58,773 bases of DNA. It comes from Anaerolineae bacterium (lineage in GTDB: Bacteria > Chloroflexota > Anaerolineae > B4-G1 > DUEL01). The translations under genes were made by a program, and so were the position numbers. The stretch spans positions 1 through 58,773 of the forward strand of contig JASFBC010000278.1 in the NCBI GenBank assembly GCA_036172315.1, in the 5' to 3' direction. Shown here piece by piece: positions 1 to 9,521 of the stretch. Within the stretch, counting starts at the first letter, position 1. The number at the start of each line of letters is the position of its first letter. The notes beneath the pieces are model-generated. The model saw only the letters and a list, made by a program, of their open reading frames with translations, was not told the DNA's origin and did no database searches.

Positions 1-34
1 TGCGGTCGGCCTGATATTCCAGCATCTGGCGCAT
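1..34 (-). CDS. 5' end of a gene running off the window (MRQMLEYQADR...), apparently LexA-controlled; product unknown, possibly FtsK-like
   Basis: ATG at 34 on the minus strand, preceded by GGAGGGAG and a consensus promoter. Only 11 codons are visible. Confidence 0.55.
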   Translation of the reverse strand, partial: MRQMLEYQADR

Positions 35-59
35 CGGGCTCCCTCCGGGCGTGACTTTT

Positions 60-104
60 AGAACACCTGTTCTCATTATAGCCCGAATGCGCCCGCTCTG
101 TCAA
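60..104 (-). promoter_or_regulatory. sigma70 promoter (TTGACA-N18-TATAAT) with an adjacent LexA/SOS box AGAAC-ACCT-GTTCT
   Basis: TTGACA at 104..99 and TATAAT at 80..75. The palindrome AGAACacctGTTCT at 60..73 matches the GAAC-N4-GTTC Gram-positive/Chloroflexi LexA motif. Confidence 0.75.
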
Positions 105-169
105 GGCTTTTAACCCAAACTTATCTGGAAATTTATCCCAAATATCGCAACTGGATGTAGATTGTGGCC

Positions 170-541
170 AGGAGCAAGGAGCGGACCGGGGATGGGGGGG
201 CCGCTCCTTCCGCAGTCCCCGCGCTTCGGCGACGGGGAGGACCAGGAGGATGCCGCTGTTGGGGCGTTCAGACCCGCCCACCACCTGCTCTGCCTCGGCG
301 ACGGCCCGGGCCAGCAAGGCCCTGTCCTCAATGGCGGTCAGCGGGGTGCGCCGGCGGATTTCTTCGGCTCAAAGAGCCGCTCCAGCGCGCCCGGTCCTAC
401 CCATTCCAACCAGGTGTGGGCCCGATACGCGCCGACGCTCTCCGGAATTGTCGCGCCTGGCACCCCGGCTTCCTGCCAGGTATGCAGGAGGTCGGGCAAT
501 ACTTTGAGGTCGTCCGGGATAACGAGTAACAGGCAAGCCAT
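170..541 (-). pseudogene. Frameshifted, truncated gene with a P-II-like N-terminal domain
   Basis: MACLLLVIPDDLKVLPDLLHTWQEAGVPGATIPESVG... runs to about 370, then continues in another frame as EEIRRRTPLTAIEDRALLARAVAEAEQVVGGSERPNSGILLVLPVAEARG before degenerating. Confidence 0.5.
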
Positions 542-636
542 GGGCTGAACTCCGCATCCAATTCCTCGGCCCTGGTGAGACGGATGGTAAGGATGCAAGG
601 GTTTCTTTGTGCTGCGCCAGTTTCCGGGTAGCGCTG

Positions 637-670
637 AAAATAAAAGCCCGGCCCTTTGACCGGGCCGGGC
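637..670 (-). terminator. Rho-independent terminator of the LysM gene
   Basis: Stem GCCCGGCCC/GGGCCGGGC (646..670), followed on the minus strand by TTTTATTTT. Confidence 0.7.
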
Positions 671-695
671 CAGTGGCGGCATTGAGAGAGCGTAG

Positions 696-1154
696 TCATG
701 GATTGGGAATGCACAGCGTGTCGCCGGTACGAATGTAGTTCAGATTGTAGATGTTGTTGCACTCGGCAATCCGCCATGGACTCACACCGAATCGGACACC
801 GATGCGGGCGAGATTATCCCCCCGTTGAATCGTGTAGTACGTTGTGCAGGTGCAAGGCGGCGGACGGGGAGGGCCGAACTGGGGAGTGCAGCGCGGGCCA
901 GGGGGTAGAGCCCGATAGGCGTCCGGAATGGCCAGGTGCATCCCCGGGTAGATACGACTGGGGTTCACGATGGTGTTCTGCGAGGCAATGGCCCACGGGT
1001 CCACACCGTACGCTCGGCCAATGCAGAAGAGGGTTTCCCCCGGCCGAACCACGTGGTAACCCAGGATGGCCCATCGGGCCGGTGCTGCCGAGGCGGCCTG
1101 GGCAGTCAGCGCCAGGAGCAGCAGCACAATGGCCAATACAGATGCTCTTCGCAT
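696..1154 (-). CDS. Secreted protein with two LysM domains
   Basis: RBS GAAAGGAGGTG before ATG 1154; signal peptide MRRASVLAIVLLLLALTAQA; LysM motifs YHVVRPGETLFCIGRAYGV and YTIQRGDNLARIGVRFGV. Confidence 0.85.
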   Translation of the reverse strand: MRRASVLAIVLLLLALTAQAASAAPARWAILGYHVVRPGETLFCIGRAYGVDPWAIASQNTIVNPSRIYPGMHLAIPDAYRALPPGPRCTPQFGPPRPPPCTCTTYYTIQRGDNLARIGVRFGVSPWRIAECNNIYNLNYIRTGDTLCIPNP

Positions 1155-1331
1155 GGCACACCTCCTTTCGGAAGAGCGGGGGAGGGAACAAACACACACC
1201 TTTGCATTGTACCGTCATTTTACCGGAAATGCAAACCGGAAGTGTGCCAGGTGTGTTTCAATTTCGTAGCAAAGGGTGATCCCCCTTCGGTACACCGGAG
1301 AGAGGGAATGGCCTGCTATCGGGAAGAGCGC

Positions 1332-1862
1332 TTATATCATCCGAATGACCGCCAGCCCCACCAGCGTGCCGACAGCCATCCCCACCAGGATGTCCAGCAG
1401 GTAGTGAATCTGGAGGGCGACGCGAGAGAGGGAGACCAGCGCGGCCCACAGGCCCATCAGGGCACTGACCCACCAGGCGGGGAGAATCGGGCTGAGCACC
1501 ACCATAATACAGGCGACGCGCGTGGCATGGCCGGAGGGGAGGGCATGGCGGTCCAGACGGAAATAGAGCCCGGCCGAGGGTCCCGGCGGCCGTTGGCGGC
1601 GAAATGTCCATTTCAGTGCGGTGGAGGCAACCCCTCCCGCCGTCATCGCTGTAATAATACGCAGGGCCAGTTCGCGCCAGAAGGCCGCCTCTGCCAGGAA
1701 GAAGAGCGTCCCCGCGCCCGCCAGCCAGACGGCGGCATCGCCGGTGTGGGCGAAGAAGGTTGCCAGCCAGCGCAGGAAGCGGGCCCGCAGCGCGAGCCGG
1801 GCCGAGAGCCGCGCGTCCAGGTGGAATAGCCGTTCCCAGAATGAGGTCCGCTGCTCATCCAT
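1332..1862 (-). CDS. PAP2-family membrane phosphatase
   Basis: Motifs KWTFRRQRP, PSGH and SRVALQIHYLLD; hydrophobic segments; the start overlaps the end of the upstream gene. Confidence 0.85.
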   Translation of the reverse strand: MDEQRTSFWERLFHLDARLSARLALRARFLRWLATFFAHTGDAAVWLAGAGTLFFLAEAAFWRELALRIITAMTAGGVASTALKWTFRRQRPPGPSAGLYFRLDRHALPSGHATRVACIMVVLSPILPAWWVSALMGLWAALVSLSRVALQIHYLLDILVGMAVGTLVGLAVIRMI

Positions 1863-2652
1863 ACCGGCGTCCCTCCAGTTCGGCTCGTACAATTTCCAGT
1901 TGGAAGGGCTTGTCCACGTCCATGCCGACCTCGGGGTCTCTGCAGATGACGGCCCGCCCCCGTACGTTGAGGGCCCGGCTGGCCCGCCGTTCTGCCTCGG
2001 CCAAACTCATCCGTCGGGCCAGCAATCTCAGTACTGGCCAGATACCCCCCAGAATCCGCGCCTGCGAGAGCGCGCTCTTGCGCGCCTCCGCCACCTGCCG
2101 CCAGAGGTCCCGGTTCGCCCGCATCGCCCCCGGCCGTACCAGAATCATATCCCCTCCGGCGAAGTCCCCCTCCCGCAGATGGACATAGGAGCGTCGGGAG
2201 GTGGGGAAGCGGCCCTCCATCACCGACCGTTCCACTACCCCGTAGTAGACATCGTGATCGGTGCGCAGGCAGTCCTCTATAAATCGGTCTACAATATCCG
2301 GAGTGAGCAGGGGGATGTCGGCACTGCTGACCACGATTCCATCCAGGTCAGGGTTCATACTCATGGCGTGGTTGATCCCTGCCTCGGCGTTGCTGAAGAG
2401 GTCGCCATGGGGCGGGAGGTGGGTGACGGGGACCGGGAGAGGGGGGCGGTCTTCCGGCGGCAGACCGACCACGATGATGTTTTGGATGTACCGGGAGCCG
2501 GCCAGGGCCTCCACCACATAGGCCATCATAGGGCGGCCAGCGATCGGTAGAAGCCCTTTGGGTCGGCCCAGGGTATACCCGGCCAGAGGGTCGCTCTCTT
2601 TGGGCGAACTGCCGGCCAGGACAACGGCGGCAATTTGCGGCATCTGGCTCAT
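1855..2652 (-). CDS. MobA-like NTP transferase (nucleotidyltransferase) family protein
   Basis: N-terminal AVVLAG...PKGLLPIAGRPM, central SADIPLL, C-terminal MDVDKP. Confidence 0.75.
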   Translation of the reverse strand: MSQMPQIAAVVLAGSSPKESDPLAGYTLGRPKGLLPIAGRPMMAYVVEALAGSRYIQNIIVVGLPPEDRPPLPVPVTHLPPHGDLFSNAEAGINHAMSMNPDLDGIVVSSADIPLLTPDIVDRFIEDCLRTDHDVYYGVVERSVMEGRFPTSRRSYVHLREGDFAGGDMILVRPGAMRANRDLWRQVAEARKSALSQARILGGIWPVLRLLARRMSLAEAERRASRALNVRGRAVICRDPEVGMDVDKPFQLEIVRAELEGRRYG

Positions 2653-2669
2653 TCTTCCCTCTTCTGGTA

Positions 2670-3572
2670 CTACGGGTTTAACAACTGAATCCCAGGCTCC
2701 AACCCCAGTTGGCGGATCATTTCCTCCAGTTCCTGGGGGGTTAGCGGGCGGCCCTTCCCCGCCACTGCGACCAGTGCGGCTTCCATAACATTAGTGCCGA
2801 AGGACCGCCCCTCGATGCGGGGGGTGGAAGTGACCAGGTAACGCACGCCCCGCTGACGGAACGCCTCCACATCCGCTTCAGTGGTGGTGTTGGTGGCGAT
2901 GACTTTGCCGTCCAGCCGCTCCGGCATGTGCCGTTTAATGTAGAGGCAGTCCCCAGCGATGACGGTGGCCCACTTGTACCAATGAGGGAACTTGGGTTTG
3001 ACCCTCTCCTGCTTCTCACCGGTAGGGTAGAGCCACTCAAAGGGCATCCGCAACAGCACCGGAAGCAGGATGCGGGCCAGGAGGTGGAGGGACGGGATGG
3101 AGCGGATGGGGATCGGCAACCCCAGCGCAAATCCCAGGTCGCCGAAGAGGAGGTCATATCCGGCTTCGGCGAAGGAAAGGGCCAGGTCGTATCGGTCCAC
3201 CGCCGAAGGAATCAATACCCGCTTGGGATGCACTTCGGAGCCGATGGTCTTTTCTATGAATTGGGCGATTCGGCGTTCCAGCGTCTGGCGCAGGCCGCTG
3301 CCATCCACCATCGGGGTCTGGCGGACCCCGGCGACGATTTTCCGGACGCTGTAGATGGGATAGTACCGCCCGGCGACGGTGAGCCCCAGGTCAAATCCGC
3401 CCACCCCGAAGGCGTCTACCTTGCCATCCAGTTCGCGGTACAGTTGGGCGGCCCGGACGGCATCACCGTCGGTGCCGATTCGCTCAATCTGTACCGGTTC
3501 TCCGGCCAGCGTGATGGTCACCCGTTTATCGCGGGTGGAACTTCCCAGGCTAATGCTGACGACGTGTTTCAC
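2670..3572 (-). CDS. Conserved protein of the family usually annotated quinate 5-dehydrogenase; true function unknown
   Basis: Family-typical motifs VVSISLGSSTRD, RIGTDGD, DGSGL, GDLGFALGLP, IAGD and GRSFGTNVMEA, recognised by eye. Confidence 0.6.
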   Translation of the reverse strand: MKHVVSISLGSSTRDKRVTITLAGEPVQIERIGTDGDAVRAAQLYRELDGKVDAFGVGGFDLGLTVAGRYYPIYSVRKIVAGVRQTPMVDGSGLRQTLERRIAQFIEKTIGSEVHPKRVLIPSAVDRYDLALSFAEAGYDLLFGDLGFALGLPIPIRSIPSLHLLARILLPVLLRMPFEWLYPTGEKQERVKPKFPHWYKWATVIAGDCLYIKRHMPERLDGKVIATNTTTEADVEAFRQRGVRYLVTSTPRIEGRSFGTNVMEAALVAVAGKGRPLTPQELEEMIRQLGLEPGIQLLNP

Positions 3573-3637
3573 AATGATTACAATTTTACTACAAATTTCA
3601 TTTCTGTCCAGCCCTAAGGTGAGGAAAGGTCTTCCCG

Positions 3638-4792
3638 CTATACCCGCTCGTAGGGGTCAAACATCTTGGCGTATTCCTGGAGGGCGAAGCGGTCGGTCAT
3701 CCCAGCGATGTAATCGCAGACGACCCGATACAGGTCTTCCCCTTCCTCCAGCCGGGCCTGAACCTCCAGGGGAAGTTGGGCCGGCTCCGCCACGTATGCT
3801 TGAAATAGTTCGGCGATCACCCGTTCCGCTTTCTTCTGCATCCGGATAACGCGGGGATGACGATATAATCGTTCCATGAGGAAGGACTTCAGTTCCCGGT
3901 TCATCCGCTGAACTTCCGGGGAGAAGGCGACGATGTTCTCTGGCAGACTGCGGACGTCCTCGGGTGAATTCGGTCCCCACATCTCCAGCCGACGGTGGGT
4001 CTCGGTGACCAGGTCGGTGACCAGCAGGCCGATGAATCGGCGGATGAGCCGGTGGCGGATGAGGTCGGTGAAATGGTCCCCTGACCAGCCGATGCTCTCC
4101 TTGAGCCGTTCCCACCAGGCGACGCCATCTAAGTCGCGCGGGGTAATGAGCCCGGAGCGCAGACCATCGTCCAGGTCGTGGGCGTTATAGGCGATTTCGT
4201 CGGCTGGGTTGGCCAGTTGTGCCTCCAGGGTGCCTCGTTTCTCCGGCTCAAACCCGGCCGCATCGGCCACGTCGTACTCCGTCTCATGTTTGACAATGCC
4301 CTCCCGTACCTCCCAGGTCAGGTTGAGACCGCGAAACTCGGGAAACCGCTGCTCCAGGAAATCCACGATGCGCAGGCTATGACGGTTGTGGTCAAAGCCG
4401 CCGTGGCCGGCCATCAGCGCGTTCAGCGTCGCCTCCCCGGCATGCCCGAAGGGGGGATGGCCCAGGTCGTGGGCCAGACAGATGGCCTCCACCAGGTCTT
4501 CGTTGGCCCCCAGCGCGCGGGCCAATGTCCGCCCGATCTGGGCAACCTCCAACGTATGGGTCAGGCGGGTGCGGTAATAGTCGCCCTCGTAGATGACGAA
4601 GACCTGGGTCTTGTACTCCAGCCGGCGGAAAGCGGTGGTGTGCAGGATGCGATCCCGGTCTCGCTGGAAGGCGGTACGATAGGGGTGCTCGTCCTCCGGC
4701 ACGGCCCGGCCGCGCGATTCTCGACTCTTGAAGCCGTAAGGGGCCAGAAAGCGGGCCTCTCGTTCTTCGTAGACCTCTCGCAAGACGAACAC
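3638..4792 (-). CDS. dgt: Deoxyguanosinetriphosphate triphosphohydrolase (HD domain)
   Basis: RTAFQRDRDRILH, FRRLEYKTQVF, RTRLTHTLEV, HDLGHPPFGHAGE and DYIAGMTDRFA. Confidence 0.92.
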   Translation of the reverse strand: MFVLREVYEEREARFLAPYGFKSRESRGRAVPEDEHPYRTAFQRDRDRILHTTAFRRLEYKTQVFVIYEGDYYRTRLTHTLEVAQIGRTLARALGANEDLVEAICLAHDLGHPPFGHAGEATLNALMAGHGGFDHNRHSLRIVDFLEQRFPEFRGLNLTWEVREGIVKHETEYDVADAAGFEPEKRGTLEAQLANPADEIAYNAHDLDDGLRSGLITPRDLDGVAWWERLKESIGWSGDHFTDLIRHRLIRRFIGLLVTDLVTETHRRLEMWGPNSPEDVRSLPENIVAFSPEVQRMNRELKSFLMERLYRHPRVIRMQKKAERVIAELFQAYVAEPAQLPLEVQARLEEGEDLYRVVCDYIAGMTDRFALQEYAKMFDPYERV

Positions 4793-4867
4793 TTCGCCCC
4801 TTTCTAGAGGAGCCCCAGTAACACGACGGCTTTCCGGGCGGTTCGGGGGTCTCCTTTTCTTTGCAGG

Positions 4868-5287
4868 CTAACAGCCTGCGCCCAGATAATCCAGCACTTT
4901 CTTCCGGATACTATCTCGCGCCTGACGGAAGGCATCCATGCGGTCTGCTATAATACCGTCGGCCTGGGCGGGGTCCGGGAAACCCATATGGATGGCCCGT
5001 CCTGGCCCCAGCCAGACCGGGCATTCTTGGGCCGCGCTGTCGCAGAGGGTAATGACGAGATCAAAATTCTGGCCGCGAAATTCCTCCACCGACTTAGAGC
5101 GTTGCCCGGAGATGTCTATGCCCAGTTCAGCCATGACCTGGATGGCCAGGGGATGGACGTAACCAGCAGGGTGGGTCCCCGCCGAGAAGGCCTCCCAGCG
5201 GTCACCCAGAAGATGGTTGACCAGACCCTCCGCCATCTGGCTGCGGGCGGAGTTGCCCGTGCAGAGAAACAGGACGCGGCGCTTTAT
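4868..5287 (-). CDS. arsC: Low-molecular-weight-phosphatase-fold arsenate reductase (thioredoxin type), apparent ATA start
   Basis: The P-loop VLFLCTGNSARSQMAEG lies upstream of the first ATG (5236). GGAGG-CACC-ATA places the start at 5287. Resolving Cys pair in LCDSAAQECP; FPDP motif. Confidence 0.8.
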   Translation of the reverse strand: MKRRVLFLCTGNSARSQMAEGLVNHLLGDRWEAFSAGTHPAGYVHPLAIQVMAELGIDISGQRSKSVEEFRGQNFDLVITLCDSAAQECPVWLGPGRAIHMGFPDPAQADGIIADRMDAFRQARDSIRKKVLDYLGAGC

Positions 5288-5317
5288 GGTGCCTCCTGCT
5301 GGAGAAGCCAGGGCACG

Positions 5318-6628
5318 CTACACCCCCAGTCCTTTCCCAAAGGGGTCTACCCATGTCTCTAAAGCGACGCGGAGTTCGGGGTACTCCTTCGCGGCATCCT
5401 CCAGGGGGCGGCCTTCCATGGCGGCCTGGATGGCCTGTCGGAATGCCCGCGCCCCGGCCACCGGCCCCTGGGGGTGGGCGTGGATCCCCCCGCCCGACCC
5501 GATGACAATATCCGGCCCCAGGTCTTTGATGACCTGCGGAACCATTTTGGGCGTGATACCGCCGGAGGGCATCGGGAAGGTGGGACGGATGTGGTAAAAC
5601 GGGAAGGAAAGGTTCTGGGCCACCCGCTGGAATTTCTCCGGGAGGACGGGCGCCTTCCCGTACGGGGCGGGGAAGACGACGATGTCCGCCCCCGCCAGAC
5701 GGGGGAGTTTCCCCAGCACCAGGTGGGAACTGATGCCATGCCACTCCGAGGCGTAGAAAGCCCCGGCCACGTCCATGTGGGCCAGGATGGGGACATTAAT
5801 GGCCGGATCCTCTGCCAGCGCCCGCAGGACCGGGAAGCCAGTCGCCAGATAATTGACCATAATGGCGTTGCAGCCCAGTTCTACAGCCCGGCGGGCGTTC
5901 TCAAACACTCGCGGGACCTCGTCGGTGACGTTGACGGTGTAGAGGGTGTGCTCGCCGGTCTCCTCGTAGACTTGTCGCTCCGCCTCCATATAGAGTTTCA
6001 CCCGCGCCTGGATTTCGTTGAAGGAGGGGTTGGCCAGCAGTTCGTCGTCCTTGATGATGTCGCAGCCGCCCAGCGCCGCCGCGCGGAAGAGTTCCACCCC
6101 GACCTCCGGCGGATAACCGGTGCAGGGTTTAATCATGTTGTTGAGCAGCGGACGGTCGTACACTCCCAGAATTTCCCGGACTCCCGGGATGCCGAATTTC
6201 GGTCCCTGGAAGCCCTCCACGTAGGCGCGCGGGAAGCGCAAGTCCAGCAGTTTCAGTCGCCCTGCCATGGAGATGTTGCCGACGACGGTGGTCAGGAGCA
6301 TCGGAATCTGGGAGCCGAAGTTGATGACGGGAAAGGCAATCTGGAGGACGTAATGGCGGTACTCCACCTCCGGCGGGACCATCCACTCGTAATCAGGGAT
6401 TTCGTAGATGCCGATCACTTTGGCGACGTGTCTGCGGCGGACTTCCGGCGTCTCCCCCGGGACCGGGACCCACGTGCCGGTGGACTGCTCAATGGCCAGC
6501 GCCGGGGCCAGTTTCGGCACCGGCAGGGCTTTGGGGTAGGAGACCAGATAGGTCCCGATGACGTACTCGTTTTCCTCTATGCCCTCGGGGAGGGCGATGG
6601 GCAGAGATGCCACGTCTTCGCGCTTCAT
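5318..6628 (-). CDS. RuBisCO-like protein (form IV)
   Basis: AIEQSTGTW, GPKFG, MIKP, GCDIIKDDE carbamylation motif, PSGG and GGGIHAHP. Substituted at bona fide RuBisCO positions (LAHM instead of HR; DIVVFP instead of DHIH). Confidence 0.9.
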   Translation of the reverse strand: MKREDVASLPIALPEGIEENEYVIGTYLVSYPKALPVPKLAPALAIEQSTGTWVPVPGETPEVRRRHVAKVIGIYEIPDYEWMVPPEVEYRHYVLQIAFPVINFGSQIPMLLTTVVGNISMAGRLKLLDLRFPRAYVEGFQGPKFGIPGVREILGVYDRPLLNNMIKPCTGYPPEVGVELFRAAALGGCDIIKDDELLANPSFNEIQARVKLYMEAERQVYEETGEHTLYTVNVTDEVPRVFENARRAVELGCNAIMVNYLATGFPVLRALAEDPAINVPILAHMDVAGAFYASEWHGISSHLVLGKLPRLAGADIVVFPAPYGKAPVLPEKFQRVAQNLSFPFYHIRPTFPMPSGGITPKMVPQVIKDLGPDIVIGSGGGIHAHPQGPVAGARAFRQAIQAAMEGRPLEDAAKEYPELRVALETWVDPFGKGLGV

Positions 6629-7839
6629 TCTATGCCTCCCGATGACTTCTCGCTCAGGGCCTCGGCCAGGGCTTCTTCCCAGAAAAGGGCCTGACCGTCT
6701 TGGAGCATCAAGACTTTGTGCGCTTCGGCTTCATCCCGGGCTCCCATGGTAGCATCCTCGCCAGCGACGGCCGGGATGGCCCGCAGGCCGGCCCGCCGAA
6801 GGAGGCCTGCCCGCCGTCGGGCCCGCTCCACATCGTGCCGGTCCACGGTGGCCGAGATCTCCACCACCAGCCAGACCTGGGGTGCTTCCGCCAGATGGCG
6901 GGGGTACCCGCTGACTAGCAGGTCGGCGGTCAGCAGATCCAGAAACTCTTTCCGCGAGAGGCGGCCCTCTATCTGATCTTCTATCTCCACTGGCATAACG
7001 GCGCGCGGTCGCCGCAGGAGAGGGCCAAAATATGCCCCGGCCTTTTGCTGGTAAGTCAATTCCAGGAGTCGGCCTTGAAAGGCGCCCTGCCGGTCTGATA
7101 GTCTTTGCAGTTGGGCCTCCATGCGGGCCTGGGCTTCGGCCAGTGCTTGGACCTGCGCCTCAGTGCGGGCCTGGGCTTCGGCCAGCGCCCGGATCTGCGC
7201 TTCGGTGCGGGCCTGGGCTTCGGTCAGCGCCCGGACCTGCGCCTCAGTGCGGGCCTGGGCTTCGGCCAGTACCTGGACCCGCGCCTCGGTGTGGGCCTGG
7301 GCCTCGGCCAGCCGGTCCAGCGCTGCCTCTATCCGGGCGAAGCGGGCCTCTGAGGCCTCCCGGTACTTCCGGAATTCCTCCTCCATGCGGGCCTGGGCTT
7401 CGGCCAGTGCCTGGACCCGCGCCTCGGTGCGGGCCTGGGCTTCGGCCAGCCGGTCCAGCGCTGCCTCTATCCGGGCGAAGCGAGCCTCTGAGGCCTCCCG
7501 GTACTTCCGGAATTCCTCCTCCATGCGGGCCTGGGCATCCTCTATGCGGGCCCAGCGCTCCTCGGACACCTCCCGATATCTCCGGAATTCCTCCTCGGTG
7601 CGGGCCTGGGCCTCGGCCAGCCGGACCAATGCCGCCTCTATACGCGCCCAGCGCTCTTCAGACACTTCCTCATACCTTTGGAAATTCTCCTCCATACGGG
7701 TCTGGGCTTCGGCCGGTCTCTGGGTCTCTGCCGGACGGTCAAAATTCTGGCGAGCGACCTGGATCTCTTTCATCCGGTCATCCACAATAGCCACGATGGC
7801 CCGGTACATCTCGGCGGTTAGTCCATATCGTTGAGCCAT
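6625..7839 (-). CDS. Long coiled-coil repeat protein with a C-terminal putative PD-(D/E)XK-like domain
   Basis: Repeats of LAEAQARTEA(R/Q)VQA; C-terminal ADLLVSG...WLVVEIS...VERARRRA. Its stop overlaps the RLP start (ATGA). Confidence 0.7.
   Translation of the reverse strand: MAQRYGLTAEMYRAIVAIVDDRMKEIQVARQNFDRPAETQRPAEAQTRMEENFQRYEEVSEERWARIEAALVRLAEAQARTEEEFRRYREVSEERWARIEDAQARMEEEFRKYREASEARFARIEAALDRLAEAQARTEARVQALAEAQARMEEEFRKYREASEARFARIEAALDRLAEAQAHTEARVQVLAEAQARTEAQVRALTEAQARTEAQIRALAEAQARTEAQVQALAEAQARMEAQLQRLSDRQGAFQGRLLELTYQQKAGAYFGPLLRRPRAVMPVEIEDQIEGRLSRKEFLDLLTADLLVSGYPRHLAEAPQVWLVVEISATVDRHDVERARRRAGLLRRAGLRAIPAVAGEDATMGARDEAEAHKVLMLQDGQALFWEEALAEALSEKSSGGIE
7110..7640 (-). 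repeat. Intragenic tandem repeats (42-bp units plus a 138-bp duplication)
   Basis: GTACTTCCGGAATTCCTCCTCCATGCGGGCCTGGGC at 7363 and 7501 (138 bp apart); GCGGGCCTGGGCTTCGG recurs at 42-bp spacing. Confidence 0.85.
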
Positions 7840-7857
7840 TGGTCCACCTCGTCCGAT

Positions 7858-9393
7858 TTACCCTTTACGGAATCGCACCCGGTTGACCTCCCGATACAGG
7901 TCTCGCAGCGACGAATACAGGCGCCGGTAGGCCCGATACAGCAGGTCGTAGGTTTCCTTGTTTTCGGGCCGTGGTTCAAATTCCCGCTCCACACGGACGA
8001 CGTTCCGCAGGGACTCAAAATCGGGGTAGAGCCCCAGGCCGATCCCAGCAGTGAGGGCCATGCCCACCGCGCCGGCCTCTTGGGGATTGGCGACGGTCTC
8101 CACCCGCCGACCGGTAACGTCGGCGATGATCTGCATCCAGGGCGCGCCACGCGCACCGCCGCCGATGACCCGCAGGACCGGCAGCGGGAAGCCGAAGGTC
8201 TTCTCCACGATCTCTATCATCCAGCGCAGGTTGTAGGCCACCCCCTCGTAGACGGCCCGCAGGAGGTGTTCTCGGGTATGGTCGGCGCTCAGGTTGAAGA
8301 AGGTGCCCCGCACCCAGGTATCGGAGATGGGCGCCCGCTCCCCATACATCCAGGGAGTGCAGACCAGGTAGTCCGACCCCGGCGGTATACGCTCTACGTC
8401 CTCGTCCATCAGCGCATAGACGTTGGGGATGTTGGGGTCGGCCTGCTCGTGGCGGTAGAACTCGTCGGCGATCCACTTCAGACAGGCACCCGCCGTCTCC
8501 ATCTCGGCGAAGAGCATCACTTTCTGGGGGTCGGCGGATTGGATGCAAACGACGCCGTGGCGGCCCGTAAGGGTTTTGCGGGTGACGACGCCCACCCAGC
8601 CGGAAGTCCCCAGGTAGATGTGGCCGTCCCCTTCGCGGACGGCGCCGGCGCCGACGGCGGCTCCCGGCGCGTCGCCGCCCCCGCCGAAGATCGGGGTGCC
8701 CTCCAGCAGGCCGCAGGCCCGCGCCGCCTCTGCCGTCAGGCCACCCACCGGGTCGGTAGAACGTACCAGCGGGGGGAATTTCTCCATATCTACCCCGATG
8801 TACCGGAGCAGGCCCCGCATCCAGTCCTTCTTTTTCAGGTCCAGGGCGAAGGCCGAAGCGCACGACCACTCAAAGACCATCCGCCCGGTGGCCCGGTAAG
8901 TCAGGTAGCCGTTCACGTCTAGGAAGCAGGACATGCCGTTATAGATATGTGGCTCGTTCTCCTTCAGCCAGAGCAACTTCGGCAAGCCGTCCTTGCCGGA
9001 AAGTTCCGCGCCGGCGATCGTAGCGAAGACCCGGCGTCCCAGGAAGCGGCGCATGATGCGCACCGCCTGTTGCGGCGCGCGGCCATCCAGCCAGATGATG
9101 GCCCGCCGCAGGACCTGCCCGTCCCGCCCCATCGGGACAATGCCCAGCATCTGGGTGGCGTGGACTACTGCCAGGATGTCCTTCGGCGAAACTCCGGATT
9201 GCTCCAGGACCTGCCGGGTGGTGGTGGTGACGGCTCCCCACCAGTCCTCTGGCTCTTGTTCAGCCCAATCGGGGCGGGGGTAGTGGACGGGGTAGGCCAT
9301 AAAGGCGGTGGCCCGGACGTTTCCCTCCGTGTCCACCAGGACGGCTTTGTTTCCGCCGGTGCCGACGTCGTGGGCAATGATGTACTGAGTCAT
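7858..9393 (-). CDS. FGGY-family carbohydrate kinase (xylulokinase-like)
   Basis: IIAHDVGTGGNKA, WAEQEPEDWW, IIWLDGRA, GGGDA, YLGTSGW, GERAP and IGGGARG; RBS AAGGGGGGA before ATG 9393. Confidence 0.9.
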   Translation of the reverse strand: MTQYIIAHDVGTGGNKAVLVDTEGNVRATAFMAYPVHYPRPDWAEQEPEDWWGAVTTTTRQVLEQSGVSPKDILAVVHATQMLGIVPMGRDGQVLRRAIIWLDGRAPQQAVRIMRRFLGRRVFATIAGAELSGKDGLPKLLWLKENEPHIYNGMSCFLDVNGYLTYRATGRMVFEWSCASAFALDLKKKDWMRGLLRYIGVDMEKFPPLVRSTDPVGGLTAEAARACGLLEGTPIFGGGGDAPGAAVGAGAVREGDGHIYLGTSGWVGVVTRKTLTGRHGVVCIQSADPQKVMLFAEMETAGACLKWIADEFYRHEQADPNIPNVYALMDEDVERIPPGSDYLVCTPWMYGERAPISDTWVRGTFFNLSADHTREHLLRAVYEGVAYNLRWMIEIVEKTFGFPLPVLRVIGGGARGAPWMQIIADVTGRRVETVANPQEAGAVGMALTAGIGLGLYPDFESLRNVVRVEREFEPRPENKETYDLLYRAYRRLYSSLRDLYREVNRVRFRKG

Positions 9394-9521
9394 CCGAGTA
9401 TCCCCCCTTATTATGAATGTATCTGAAAAATTAGCGGGGGGTGCTTCTGGAGACGGGTGGTCATGAATTTCGGTCAAAAGGGCACTTCGCTACGCTCCGT
9501 GCCTTACTGCGAGCACAACCC

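Noticed and set aside
5288-5320. The RLP TAG stop is in frame with arsC 10 codons downstream (possible read-through fusion or pyrrolysine)
   Set aside because: A GGAGG SD sits right before the arsC ATA, no pyl genes are visible, and in-frame spacing occurs by chance one time in three.
5318-6628. RuBisCO as evidence of Calvin-cycle CO2 fixation
   Set aside because: Key form I-III residues are substituted and there is no small subunit or PRK in the window; it is a form IV RLP.
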